Positions 50,921 through 64,000 of a stretch of DNA of 64,000 nt are shown here, one piece after another. The stretch comes from Octopus vulgaris (lineage: Eukaryota). The notes below the pieces were generated by a model that was not told the origin of the DNA, ran no database searches, and saw nothing but the letters and a program-made list of their open reading frames with translations. The DNA lies in the NCBI GenBank assembly GCA_951406725.2, contig OX597820.1:58466001-58530000 (forward strand), given 5' to 3'. Positions within the stretch are counted from its first letter, which is position 1. The number at the start of each line of letters is the position of its first letter. Both the position numbers and the translations under genes were made by a program.

Positions 50921-51864
50921 GAGGGAGAGGGAGGGAGAGAGAGGGGAGGGAGCGAGGGTGAGGGAGGGAGAGAGAGAGAAACATGCTTCATCTTCTGAAG
51001 TTCAGAACTTCCTAGCACATTCGATATATCTTTGCAGCAAGGCAATATCAACCCTTCTTTGATACTGTGTGACTTTGTCTTTCATCCTTTCGGGGTCGAT
51101 TAAATAAGTACCAGTTATGCACTGAGGTCGATATAATCGACTTAATCCGTTTGTCTGTCCTCTCTGTGTTTAGCCCCTTGTGGGTAGTAAAGAAATAGGT
51201 ATTTCGTCTGTCTTTTTGTTCTGAGTTAAAATTCTGCCGAGATAGACTTTGCCTTTCATCCTTACGGGATCGATAAATTAAGTACGAGTTGCGTACTGGG
51301 GTCGATCTAATCGACTGGTCCCTCTCCCGACAAAATGACAGGCTTTGTGCCTAGAGTTGGAAAGATTCTTACGTCTTTTAAATTTTTTGTCCAAAGCTCA
51401 TTGTATTGCTTTATAATACAAACTTCAATTATTTTCAGAGAAAATTAGAAGGAATACTTTTGTTCAATCATTTTTTAAAGGCCTCAATGCTCGCTTCGCC
51501 ACTTTATTATGGTCAATGTTGGGGTAAAGTGAAGAAACATCCATGGTTACCATTAAAAAAAAAAAAAAAGAAAAAAACACGAAATGATTTCGGCGCTTAA
51601 AAAAGTTGTAAATTTGGAAGCAAAATCAAAAATATTCCAACTATAAGGGTTCGGTGTTTTTGCTATAGGAAGTAGAAAGTCATCCAGTGTCTCCGAAATT
51701 TTGGCCGTACAACATTCATACCCACTGCTATTTTATTTATTTTTGGAACGTCATAAAAGTGTTCTTTGCTCTGACCGCAGTAATCTGGATTCAATGGTTT
51801 TTTATAAAATTGTTTTCGGCCATTCCTAAATTATTTTGCCAAGTTCAGTTTAAATCGACAATAA

Positions 51865-51929
<65 letters not shown>

Positions 51930-53010
51930 TGTGTACAGTGCTCAGGTGCACTACAACTCATCTAAAGTGTATATATAATCAGGTGTAGTTTCGGCGGATT
52001 TCGGAAAGCATGAGGGCCTTAAAGGATGCAGTGTCATGGCAGTCAACAACTGACGCAGGCAGTTTATTCCATGCTTCAGCAACTCTGAGCGTGAAAAAAT
52101 GTTTCCGAAAGTCATGGGAGCTGTGTTGTTTTCTGACTTTGTAGGCATGTCCACGTGTGTTAGACACATGGAGATCAAAAAGGTGTTCAGTGTTGTTGTT
52201 GGTGAGGTGGTTGATAACTTTGTGGGTGTTTACCAAGTCCGTCGCCAGACGCCGGAGCTTCAGTGAATCCATGCCCAGGGAAACAAGGCGCTCAGAATAT
52301 GGTAGGTGTCTGATGGAGGGTATGCGTTTGGTTGCACGTCTCTGGACAGATTTCAGGAAGTCAATGTTCTGAGCAAGATAGGGGTTCCAAACTGATGATG
52401 CGAATTCCAAGTGTGGTCGTACCATAGCTGTATACAGTTTTAAATAGATGGCTGGAGAGCGGCTAACAAAAGTCTTGCTGAGTGATGCCAAGACACCCTC
52501 GGCCTTCTTGACAATTTTAGAGATATGCTTTGTCCAACGCAAATCACTGCTGACAGTGATGCCTAGGTCACGCTCGCAAGAGGATTTCTTGATATCAGTG
52601 TTGTGGAGGGAATATGTGGACGCGGGGTTTTTCTCCCAAAATGCATGGTGGTACACTTGTCCACAGCCAGTTTCAGTTGCCAGTCTGTGATCCATTGCTG
52701 CATTGTGTCTAGGTCTGATTGCAGGAAAGAGTTGTAGACATCAGGATCTGTCCTCTTGATTTCAAGGTACAGCTTGATGTCGTCTGCATATTTCAATACA
52801 GTGGCATTCTTTAAATTGGCATCTATGTCATTAATGTATGCCACAAACAAGAGGGGACCAAGGACAGATCCCTGTAGTACACCCGATGACATCTCATATG
52901 GTGTAGAATGCTGTCCTAGAACTGTGACTACCTCCTTTCGGCTGAGAATGAAGGATTTCAACCAGTTAAAAAGGTCATCCCTCACACCCATTGCTGAGAG
53001 TTTCACCATA
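51930..53010 (-). mobile_element. 5'-truncated CR1-clade LINE with RT core and (ATT)n tail
   Basis: SSGVLQGSVLGPLLFVAYIND...KYADDIKLY...LQSDLD (52563-53033), joined by one frameshift to CERDLGITVSSDL...WNKLP (51979-52695). (AAT)n on + at 51866-51929. Confidence 0.93.
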
Positions 53011-53788
53011 ATACTCACTAAAATTCTGTCCATAATTACGATAACACCTCTTTTCTCTTTCCATTATAATCATTATTAGCCAGACGACGAAGTATGTTTA
53101 CACAGGAAATTAAGAGGCTATCCCAAGTCCCCGCCCCCTTTTTTCTTTCTTGTCTTAAAGCTTTCCCTAAAACCTGTCTGACAAGATTCGAGAAATTCTA
53201 GTAAAGCCTGCGTGTCTCTCCCGAACTTCATCCGGATACCAATTTGGATTTTATGCGATGTAGTGATTTCAGACCCGATCATCATCTTCATTTTCAACAA
53301 ACAAGGGATCATCTGACCCCTATGTTACCCCACCACCCAACCCTCACTACAAAATAAAATTCCTTAAACTTGTTGCAATATGGGTTCGCATTCAAGGCAC
53401 GTCAAATAAACACTTTTCTGGTGAACTTCCAATGACTAGTTCAAATATGTATGCAAGGGCAAGAAGACTAAAATTGTGTGAGCGAACCTGGGAATTAGTG
53501 ATTTGAACTTACTGAACTGTTTGTTTGAGGTGAGAAGAGTGTTATTTGTGTAGTTTGCTTTTGTAATTCTGATATTTTAACTCATAAACGTAGATGTCTC
53601 TGAAAAAACCCCCAAAAAAACAACTGGTTGATGAAATAAAGTGATTGTTTTGGGTGTGATAAATAAATAATGCGCAGTGTGGGTTGTATGTGAGAAATTT
53701 GGAGTAGGAAAAAAAAATATGCATTTGAATTAACCACACAGACACTTGAATGTTGTCAACATTTTAAGGAACATGTGCTAGCGATCAC

Positions 53789-53829
53789 TATAAATACACA
53801 TTGTGTGACGTCATCAGCGTATAACGTCA
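53789..53829 (+). promoter_or_regulatory. Putative THOC1 core promoter: TATA-like box and two CRE/ATF sites
   Basis: TATAAAT 53789-53795, TGACGTCA 53806-53813, TAACGTCA 53822-53829, all within 75 bp of the ATG. Confidence 0.5.
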
Positions 53830-53859
53830 TCAATTTATGGGTAAAACACAGAAACAAAC

Positions 53860-53910
53860 ATGTCGGCGTCCACGGAGTTTGACTTTAGGATAGCTCGAAA
53901 TGACTTCGGG
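53860..53910 (+). CDS. THOC1: THO complex subunit 1, coding exon 1 (MSASTEFDFRIARNDFG)
   Basis: AAACATG start and donor GGG|GTATGT. Phase 0 matches exon 2. Comparable to the vertebrate N-terminus (F...AR..F). Confidence 0.8.
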
Positions 53911-56163
53911 GTATGTTATTTTGTCGATATTTTCATACAGATTCCTGCGCATAATATCATTCTCGTTTTTTTATGTAACGTTTATTCTCTGAAATGATGA
54001 ATGCATAGCCTTTGTTCATTGTAAGCGTTGTAACTGCGACGATTCGAAACTTCATGTTGCCGATCTTCATGGCGGGCCGGTATAAATACACAACAGACTT
54101 TGCCTTTTATCCTTTCGGGGTCGATAAATTAGGTACCAGTTACTCACTGGGGTCGATGTAATCGACTTAATACCTATGTCTGTCCTTGTTTGTCCCATCT
54201 ACGTTTAGCCCCTTGTGGGTAATAAAGAAAGAGGTATCAATACATAACAGACACTCGAGTTTTCGTTCACTCACTGCATTTCAAGTAATTAGTATTAATA
54301 AATTAATATATAATTGTAGAGGTGTTAATATTCCATAATCATCTTACGTCTTACATATTCATCAAGCTTTATGGTTGTTTACAAGTGGTAAGCTTGTATC
54401 ATACTACATTTTCAGCGGTTTTTGTTTTTTTAACCAGTTATCATAGGTAGTCCACTCAGAAAAACACTCTGGGGCCATGAAGTTCACTAAGAATTTCAAA
54501 TAAAAGTCACTACTTCCTTCGACTATAAGAAATGGATTATTTAAAAGTGCATGAAACCTCAGAAGCTTCTTTGTCATGGTCCACATCTACTCTGACAATT
54601 GTAATTTTAATGAATCAAATTGAAATCTGAGTAGCTCCTGATAAAAATCAATCTAACTCCTTTTTTTTACTATATTTCTGTTGAAATACATTATGAAAAT
54701 AATGAGTAAAATAACTTTGCCATTGTTAATCTTGTATTTGGAACATAAATTAATGTGAAATTTTAGTGTAAAGTTCTAATTCATATAACTTTAAAACATG
54801 TAGTTTGTATCATAGAACCAAGGGCGCTTTTTGACAGATTGCTATCAGAGGGATTAAATTAAACTTTAAGTCACTAAAAGTTCCAATGATAACTACTAAC
54901 AAACTGTATAGTTGTTGTGTATAGCTGCAGGTCAGTTGTGAATCAAAAAACGATATAGCTTGCATATATAGTAGTAATTCAGCGATTTGTATTGTTACTA
55001 CAATATAGCATTATTTACATATAACTACTACATATAAATATACATATAGGCGCAAGCGTGGCTACATATAGGTGCAGGCGTGGCTGTGTGGTAAGACGCT
55101 TCCCAACCAGATGGATCTAGGTCCACTCCCACTTCATGCAGTGGGCAAGTGTTTCTACTATAGCCTCAGGCTGATCAAAACATCGTGAGTGGATTTGGTA
55201 GATGGAAACTGGAAGAAGCCTATTGTGGCACGTAAAAAGCACCATCTGATCGTGGCCGTTTGCCAGCCTCGTCTGGCACCTGTGCCAGTGGCACGTAAAA
55301 AGCACCCACTACACTCACGGAGTGGTTGGCGTTAGGAAGGGCATCCAGCCGTAGAAACATTGCCAGATCAGACTGGGCCTGGTGCAGCCTTCTGGCTTCC
55401 CAGACCCCGGTTGAACCGTCCAACCCATGCTAGCATGGAAAGCGGACGCTAAACGATGATGATGATGATATATCTGTGTGTGTGTTTGTTCCCCACCACC
55501 ACACAATAACTGATGTTGGTGTGTTTGTGTCCCCCAACTTAGTGGTTTGGCAAAAGAAACTGATAGAATAAGTATCAGGCTTAAAAAGGAAAGAAATGCT
55601 AAGTGTGGGGTCGATTCATTTGACTAAAAATTCTTCTAGGCAGTGCCCCCCATTTGACCACAGTCTAATGACTGAAACAAGTAAAAGATAAAAGATATAT
55701 TTAGGTGACAAAGATGATATTAGACAGCAAAGAAACTTAAATGTACTGTTCTTTGATTGGGTAGTCAATCTATTATCCTCATCTTCATCATTCTATGTGA
55801 CACATGTTGAAGATGGCCATACAGTATGCAACCCTTTTTGCTTGTAAGCCATAATGTATTATTTATTTACCATCATCATTATGTGTTTTTCTTTCTCTGG
55901 AAGTCACTTCTATTGTCAACCATTTTAAAGCAATGACTAAGTATATTTTATCATGCCACCAGCATTCTAACTTGTTTGAATTTTTATTCACAGTTACTAC
56001 TCATTTAGTCAGTTTGTTTATGCTGTGGCTTGTAGACCTTTTGTTTCTTCTATTTCATTTTGCATACTATTTTTCAATAGAAAACTACTACAAGAGAACA
56101 CCCATCTCTTTCTCATTGTTCAGTTTTTTTCCAAGCTTATGATGAATTCTTGATATATTACAG

Positions 56164-56237
56164 GAAGTCTTGCAAAGCCTGCTCACCAAGAATGTGCTCA
56201 GTCAGTGTATACCACATGTCCAGAGTTACCATGGCAA
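56164..56237 (+). CDS. THOC1: THOC1 coding exon 2 (EVLQSLLTKNVLSQCIPHVQSYHG)
   Basis: TTACAG| ... AA|GTAAGT. 74 nt, phase 0 to 2. Confidence 0.85.
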
Positions 56238-57258
56238 GTAAGTATTTCAATCAACAAATATGCTCTAGTCTACATTACCTACAGCTAATATATAACAGGT
56301 ATACTATACAGCTATTAAAGTATATATTATTGGCAACTCTATAGCTACTAACAGCACCCAAATTACAAAGTCATTACTCAACACATCATCATCAACATTT
56401 AATCTCCATTTTCTATGATAGCATGAGTTGGGTGGCTTGACAGAAAATGGCAAGACCAGGAGGCCACACCTGGTTCCATAGTCTGTTTTGGCTTGGTTTC
56501 TAAATGCTATAAAACAAATATGATGCCACCAACTACAGTGATGACAACAAGTCATTGTTATAAAAACAATAAAATATTAAATGACTTATATATTATATTA
56601 TGTATAGTACATATAACATAGATACTATAATAACATATATACTCATATAAACTACTATAGTTACTGACACTATCTACATCACATGTTGAAGCTATTTTAT
56701 AACATATATACTTTTGTCTGTACTGCAGTTACCATCAACGCCTACATTGTGTTTGAGCCAACAAGGGAACCTCTAAATGGTCCTTCAACCAGTCAGAAAT
56801 AGCAGTCAAATCTATCTCAGATCACACCCAGTTGTATCAGAAAATGAAAGTCGTTGGACAGTATAGTCTGAAATATGTAATAAGATGAGCTGGTTGATAA
56901 TGTTCAATCAGGTTTTACCTTGAGCTAAAATCTAAAGTGTATCGTCATTTTTATGTCCACTTTTCAATGCATGCATGAACTAGATGGGTTTTCTCCAGCT
57001 CAGCATCTTACCACATGCATTTCAGCTGTCTAAGTGCAATAAAGTGGCTTAAGATTACACTTTTGTCTTTGTTATACAATCTCTGATGATTTAATGATGT
57101 AGTATGATTGTGAGATAATTCTTTGCATAACAGTCATGTTCATTAATGAAACATGTGCAAGAAGTACTGAATAAACATAAAATCTTATCTCAGTTCTTGT
57201 TATAGATATGGATCTATGTATATAAGATTTTTTTACCAAACTTTCCTATTGTTTTCAG

Positions 57259-57319
57259 TGACAGTGAGAAAAAACTGGCTTTAGATCAAGCGCTCCGTGA
57301 TATCGTTCGCATTGTTATA
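57259..57319 (+). CDS. THOC1: THOC1 coding exon 3 ((N)DSEKKLALDQALRDIVRIVI)
   Basis: TTTCAG| ... |GTAAGT. 61 nt. Matches human ENEKKCTLDQAFRGI as recalled. Confidence 0.92.
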
Positions 57320-58145
57320 GTAAGTCAACTCTATTTTCAAATTTTTTTTATTGTCATCATTATTAATTGCATGTGGTAGATTGGCAGCATCAATAGAAAG
57401 CTGCAATATTTTGTTATATCTTTTTACATTTTGTGTTCAAATCTTACCAAGGTTAGCTTTGCCTTTCATCCTTCTATGGTTGTTAAAATATAATACCAGT
57501 CAAGTACTGTAGTTTATTTCATTTGCTATGCTCTTCCCCTACCAAAATATACAATCTTGGGCCCAGCCTAGAAATCATTATTATAATACTTACAAAGGGA
57601 GTGGATTGACTAAATCATTAGCACACCTGACAAAATACCTTATAGTATCTGTTCAGTTCTTTACACTTTGTGTTCAAATTTCATCAAGGTCAGCTTTACT
57701 TTTCATCCTCCTGAGGCTGATTAAAACAAAATAAAATACCAGTCAAGTACTGGGTTCAATACGGTCTACTACACCCTTTGTCCAAACTTTTTTTTTCTTT
57801 TTCTTCCCTCTTCTTTGTGTTCCTGTGTGAGAGTGGATGCAGTTGTGTTCATGTGTGAGGGTGAATGCAGCTGTGTTCATGAATGAGGGTGAATGTGGCT
57901 GTGCTCATGTGTCCCTTCATCCAAATTTAAGGCTTTCTGCCTCTATAAGAGAAATTATCATCATAGTCGCAGGTATAACAGAAATAATAGAATGCTAGTT
58001 TGATTTCTTTATTGTTAGAGATTAAAATCCATTGGGTATTAACTTAGCCTTTTATCCTTCCATAAGCACTACTAATGAAGTTGAGGCCAGGGAGAGAGGC
58101 CGATTCATATGTCTTGTGCTAAAATTTTCTTTTTGTGTGTTTCAG

Positions 58146-58212
58146 ACCGAAGAGATGGGCTGTTCTGTATACAGAGAAGTCATCACAACAGCCATTGAAG
58201 CTGCTAATCAAG
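58146..58212 (+). CDS. THOC1: THOC1 coding exon 4 (TEEMGCSVYREVITTAIEAANQ)
   Basis: TTTCAG| ... AG|GTAAGA. 67 nt, phase 0 to 1. Confidence 0.88.
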
Positions 58213-58397
58213 GTAAGACCAGCTTTCTCTACAGATATTTTAAATGGTGAAAATCAGAAGTAGTTTTTCAAATGACTGAACTCATTTGAATTTCCCTTCT
58301 CTCCATGTGCTTGCAAATTTCATCTGCTCTTTCTCATTCCTTTGTCACCAGTCTCTTTTCTATTCACCTTCTTTGACATGTTATTTTGAGTGATTAA

Positions 58398-58616
58398 CCC
58401 TTTAGTGTTTAAACCGGCCATATCCGGCCCAAATAATCTACCTGTTTTCTGTTAAAACTGCCCAGATTTGGTATCTCACACCAACCTATAATGTCAATCT
58501 AAAAACAGGTGATAACATCAAAGAAATCTTAAAGCTACAAAATAATGCATGACTAGCTTAAAACAATATGGATGAATAAATATTATATTTGACAGAATAA
58601 TCTGAATGCTAAAGGG
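58398..58616. mobile_element. piggyBac-type MITE in THOC1 intron 4
   Basis: TTAA-CCCTTTAG ... CTAAAGGG-TTAA. Confidence 0.85.
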
Positions 58617-60674
58617 TTAAACACATCATAAGATAGATAGGACTGTAGCCTTGTGTACTGCAAAGCAACCTTCTGCTAGTGTTATGATAAAATGCATCCA
58701 ATATAGGTGTAGTTGTAGCTGTTTGGCGAAAAGTTTGCTGTCCATCTACATGGTTCTGAGTTCAGTCCCACTGTGTGGTACATTTGGCAAGGGTCTTCTA
58801 CTGTAGCCCCTGGAACCCAAAAATTTGAATGTGAATTTAGTAGACAGAAACTGAAAGAAACCTGTTGTGTATTTGTTACTGTCTCCTTGTTTTGACTTCA
58901 CATGATAGTTTAATGAAATTGTAATTGTAATTGTGATACCACTGTCGGTGGCACGTAAACGAACCATCCGAACATGGCCGTTGCCAGTGCCGCCTCAACT
59001 AGCCTCCGTGCCGGTGGCACATAAAAAACACCAACCAATCGTGGCCGTTGCCAGCCTCACCTGGCACGTAAAAAGCACCCACTACACTCACGGAGTGGTT
59101 GGCGTTAGGAAGGGCATCCAGCTGTAGAAACACTGCCAGATCAGACTGGGCCTGGTGCAGCCTCCTGGCTTCCCAGACCCCAGTCGAACCGTCCAACCCA
59201 TGCTAGCATGGAAAGCGGATGTTAAACAATGATGATGATGATGATATCACCATAATGCAGGTGGTGTCCTTCAGTTCCAGAATCCTGCAAAAACATGTCT
59301 GATTATAAAGAAATAATACCTTATTTGGAAACAGGTGTGAGTTGGTTACAGGAAGATCATTTGGTTGTAGAAAATCGGCCTCAGCAAATTCTTTCCAACT
59401 TATGCAAGCATAGAAAATGGACATTAAACCAATGATGATACTTTGTCAAGTGGTTGATGAATGATCTGAGATAACTTGTGGTTAGGAAATCTTTTAGCCT
59501 TTTTGAGTATATGACTTGTGTTGATGCCACAATAAAATGCATCCAGTACACTCTGTAAAGTAGTTGAATCCAAGCAAAATATGAAATTTATGAGCAAGGG
59601 CCGCAACTCTGAATATAAACTAGCTCAAACCACAACAACCCATCCAACCCAATTAAAGCATGGAAAGTGAACATAAAATGATGAGGGTGACAATGACCTT
59701 GTTATTTCTTAATCTTGAAACTTTATAGTCATCAAGTGTATGGAAAGACATCTGCATGGTAATTTGACATGCTAGAAATAATAGTCAGATTACACTCATC
59801 ATCATCATTGTTGTTTAATATCCACTTTCCATGCTGGCATGGGTTAGATGGTTTGACATGGAGATGGCCAGCTGAGAGCTGTCCAGACTTCTGTTGTCTG
59901 TTGTGGCATGGTTTCTATGGCTGGATACCCTTCCTAATGCCAACCACTTAATGTGTGCTGGGTGCTTTTACATGGCACTTCCACTGTTTAAAAACGATAT
60001 GGGCACATTTGTTAATTTATATACTCTGATATACTCTGTCTGAAATGAAGATGAAATGGTGGAAAGATGGAATGCCTTTGATTATATATCTGTCTAATAA
60101 AACTGACTTAAGACTGCAGAGCAAAACAACAATGATACCTGCATTTTGTTATGGTCCTATCACAGCATGTACTAGGAAGAGAACACAGGACTGGTTACAT
60201 TCTACAAGAAGGTATGGGCATCTAGTGACTTTCCTGGACTGAGAAATCAAAAGTTGTAGTGATCAAAACATGTGCAATGCAACAATGCAATTAAACTAAA
60301 ATATCTATGATCAGATTCCAAATTAGATCAAGGGTCCATCTTGTTGGGACATGGTTAATTATTTGGATTGCATCCTCAATTGCACTATCCAAAATATCTT
60401 TTTGGCAGCTACAAATAACGTCACAAAATCTATCCTGGTGTTTCTTTCGTAACTCAGTTATTAACAGTCTATACATCAATCAACAGCCCGTGTTCAGAGC
60501 TTTCAAATGTGTTGTGTAACATTTTTATCAATTTTCATCAATGGTCAGTACTGGTCAGTAGATGCAAAAAACAATAAAGGACTCATTCTCTTTCAAGGCA
60601 AAAAATCTCCCAGAAAACGACATGATGAAATTGAATGAGAAATCATTTGTCAGGTCATTTTCACCCCAAGACAG

Positions 60675-61135
60675 GTGAGTGCAAGAAGGAAGTGTTATTC
60701 CATCAAGTACAGGAAAGTAATTGTGGCAGAATTTCTGGGCAAGAATCTTACTATTTTCTGCAAAGAAAATAATTTGGAACTCCAAATAGTTCGAAAATGG
60801 CAAGTAGACTACAATGAACTCAGTCAACAAGTGGACAAGGGAAATGCAAAAAAACGCAAGTGTGGATCCGCATGAATTTTGGAATCTGAAGATTTGCAGG
60901 ACAATGACATGACTGCTTTTGAATAAATTGCTGTTAATGGAGTTTCTGAGTAAAAGAACATGTAAATCATCAAGTAAATGTTGATCATTTTTTGTAATTT
61001 CTGTTTATTTAGTAATTTCATTATGTCGTTTTCCGGTACATGACAAAAATATGAACTTCGCTGAAAATAAGCCCTAGCACATTGTTTCAGAGTGAAAATA
61101 GATATAAGCCTTGTCTTATTTTCGGGGAAATACAG
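60675..61135 (+). mobile_element. pogo-like DNA transposon relic (N-terminal HTH and right TIR)
   Basis: RRKCYSIKYRKVIVAEF...QIVRKW is Brinker/pogo-HTH-like. Subterminal AATAAGCC repeats and CTTATTTTCGGGGAAATACAG-TA at the end. Confidence 0.5.
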
Positions 61136-61454
61136 TATGCATATTGTATTTGAATATATGTGTGTGTGTGTATTACAAACACACACATTTATATACGTGT
61201 TTGAATATATATGTATATACACACACTTATATATATATGTATATATCATCTCTCACCTTTCTACCTTCTGCTTCTTCGTTGTTCACGAATCTCTGTATCT
61301 TCTTTGCCACTATATCTTCCTTATCTTTCTCCTTCTGTCACTTTCCTTGCATTAGATTAATTATATTGACACAATATAAGATTTAAAAACAAAAAAAAAT
61401 GACTTTGGTGATAATGACAATAGTGATGAGACAATGTTCTTACTGTATTTGTAG

Positions 61455-61573
61455 ATGTGTGTTCAGCTTCCACACCATTTGTGCTTCTATCAGATGTCTT
61501 TGACATGATTACTTTGGAACAATGTGAGGATATCTTCAATCTGGTCGAAGAAAAAGTCAGCACTTGGAAGTCT
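61455..61573 (+). CDS. THOC1: THOC1 coding exon 5 ((D)VCSASTPFVLLSDVFDMITLEQCEDIFNLVEEKVSTWKS)
   Basis: TTGTAG| ... |GTAAGT. 119 nt. Matches human ICTASTPFVLLGDVLDCLPLDQCDTIFTFVEKNVATWKS as recalled. Confidence 0.95.
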
Positions 61574-63682
61574 GTAAGTATCACTTGAGGAAATGTTGCA
61601 TTTCATGCTGGCTGGGCATGGTGTAGCGATATGAAGAGCTCTGAATGTGTGTGTGTGTGTATGTGTGTAGATTGTTACATAGCCTTAGGTCGGCCTTAAT
61701 CAAGCAGTCCTATGGCACAAGTAATCAGCCAAACTACAAGATGCAACATACAGTTCTAGATTTCTTGTTATACCATATTTCCATATCTTTGAAGATCATA
61801 CTGCATACTTCAACAAGCAGTGATAAATCATATAGAGTAAGTGTGATAGTTTGAACAGGTTGCACTTTCTTCATTGTCCATTCTGTACTCTTGTAATTTC
61901 TTGAGTGTTCACAGTGAAGTTAGGTAGAATGGACTCAGTCAGAACAATAGTTTTTTTTTTTTGTTTTTTTCTCTACTCTAGGCACAAGGCCTGAAACTTT
62001 TGAGGAGGAGGCTAGTTGATTATATCAACCCCAGTATGCAACTGGTACTTAATTTATCGACCCCGAAAGGATGAAAGGCAAAGTCGACCTTGGTGGAATT
62101 TGAACTCGGAACGTAAAGACAGACGAAATACTGCTAAGCATTTCGCCTGGCATCCTAACATTTCTGCCAGCTTGCCAACTTTCAGAACACGATCTTCTGC
62201 ACTCATCAGTTATATGCATTCTTGCATAACAGTTCAAATCAGTAAATCTGTTGATGCTGCAGCTATTTCTGTGTGTATGTGTTTCTTTAGCTTGTCTGAG
62301 ACGAGTAGATGTGATAGCATTCTAAGGTTGTTGTTGTAGTGGCTGGGTGTTTGGAAAGATTTTTTTTAGTTGCAACAAGGACTATGGAGGATTAAAGGTT
62401 GCTGAGCAACGAACTACCCTACTCATGTCCAGAGGTCTTCTATTTTAATATTTCTGTTTCATTGTGTACAGGAACATGTGGCTGTGGTCTGTGTACAACT
62501 GGTTTATAATGTGTTCCTTGTAGTTTATTATGGTTTGTTGTGGAGAGATTGAGGGCTCAGGTAGGACTTGCATTGTCCATGGTAGCTTCTCTCTGGAGAT
62601 ATGCTGTGACTGCGAAGACCCAACAAATAACATGAGTTCATGGCTGTTTCTTGCACCAGCCTCAGCCCATCCAAAGTACCTTGGATCGCAGGACGGCCTG
62701 CTGTGCTTACCTTGGATCGTAGGGCAACCTGCTGTGCTTGAGGAGACCTATTGAGTCAAGTACATCAACATCAAAATAAAAATCAAATGGAAATTGTAGT
62801 TGTGATACCTGTGCCGGTGGCATGTAAAAGAGCCATCCGAACATGGCTGATGCCAGCGCTGCCTTGACTGGCTTCCGTGCTGGTGGCACGTAAAAAGCAC
62901 CCACCACACTCACGGAGTGGTTGGCATTAGGAAGGGCATCCAGCTGTAGAAACACTGCCAGATCAGACTGGGTCTGGTGCAGCCTCCTGGCTTCCCAGAC
63001 CCCGGTTGAACTGTTCAACCCATGCTGGCATGGAAAGCGGACGTTAAACGATGATGATGATGATTGTTTGTGCACCATTGTTGTTTCTTTCAGTCAGTCA
63101 AATGTAGTGATTCTAATTGCTCTAAGTATGTTTGTGCATCATTTTCTTTCCTTTACTGTGTCTTCTGTTTGTAGGCTATGATTATATTGACTGTGATGAT
63201 TGACTGTTTCTGCTGGTGAAAAGGAAGATGGTGGACTTAGTTGGTGCTGCTGTTATTATGTCTGTCATTGTGGAGTTAGATTTGTAGGTGACTTAAACAG
63301 GGTTGTAGTTGTTAGGCAGCAGTGTCTGGGAGCAACATAGAGGATGTCAGTGTCATATCATGTGTGTATAGAATCTATGTTCTGTGCACATATAAGAAAG
63401 TCTAGGTACAGGTTGAGATTTTGTTAAGGTACTGTGGATAATAATGAGGTATAAAGTTGAAAGATTTGCTGATGGCAATGACAGAATGGCATGCATAAGA
63501 GGATTTTATTGTGGATGTGTATGAATTTGATTGTTTATAGAGTGGGGAGGAGGTAGTTTAGTGTAGTAAAACAGTAACAATAATAACTAATAATAAAGTG
63601 CCGGTGGCACGTAAAAATCACCATTCGAGCGTGATCTGTTCTCAGTTCAGCTTCTCTATTTCTTTCTTCGTCATTTTCGCAG

Positions 63683-63731
63683 GACACCTTTTACGATGCT
63701 GGTAAGAACTATCTGCTGAGAATGTGCAATG
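63683..63731 (+). CDS. THOC1: THOC1 coding exon 6 (DTFYDAGKNYLLRMCN); gene continues beyond the window
   Basis: TTCGCAG| ... G|GTAAGT. 49 nt. Contains the highly conserved AGKNYLLRMCN(D) motif. Confidence 0.95.
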
Positions 63732-64000
63732 GTAAGTAACCTCTCAGTTATATTGAAAACCAGTAAAACCGTAGCCTTTGATTATATGTTTGCCTTTAAT
63801 GGTGCTGCTTCATTAAACTCTCCATGTATCAATGAACAGGAGAAAGATAACACTTGCTTATGAGATAATGCTAGCTGAGGATTGTATGAAATACCCTGAC
63901 TTGCCTTTTGTAGGTATACTCCATCTGTTTTTTTTTAAGTGTTACATATTTACTATATTAATATTATTATTAAGGCAGCGAGCTGGCAGAATTGTTCGCA

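Noticed and set aside
60291-60640. Possible hAT-like fragment (HVPTRW) on the minus strand in THOC1 intron 4
   Set aside because: Only one short motif supports it.

Overview
AT-rich, microsatellite-dense animal genomic DNA. The SINE families, (TA)n/(AAT)n load and 'YHCDICGKSFS'-type zinc-finger arrays point to a cephalopod, most likely Octopus (inference). Host genes: (1) first coding exon of a natriuretic-peptide-receptor/membrane guanylate cyclase-like gene (- strand, 10728-11055, continues off the left end); (2) two paralogous tandem C2H2 zinc-finger loci on +, one disrupted (34652-35482) and one intact 670-aa gene with 23 finger repeats (44150-46162); (3) the first six coding exons of THOC1 (+, 53860-63731), which the ORF track does not resolve; I assembled them by hand from splice signals and the phases fit. 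The rest is layered mobile DNA: CR1, RTE, L1/Tx1, R4/Dong, HERO-like and Penelope-like retroelement fragments, a complete non-autonomous Helitron, hAT/mariner/pogo/piggyBac relics and MITEs, and many tRNA-derived SINEs. Most notable: hammerhead-ribozyme motifs (one with a ~92-nt loop II, one fused behind a tRNA-like Pol III head), a perfect 31-bp hairpin, a MITE carrying telomere-like hexamers, SINE insertions whose duplications all begin (G/T)GTAT, and zinc-finger lesions that A-to-I editing could in principle reverse. No CRISPR or prokaryotic system is present. TE family names come from remembered motifs, not database searches, and relic boundaries are approximate.
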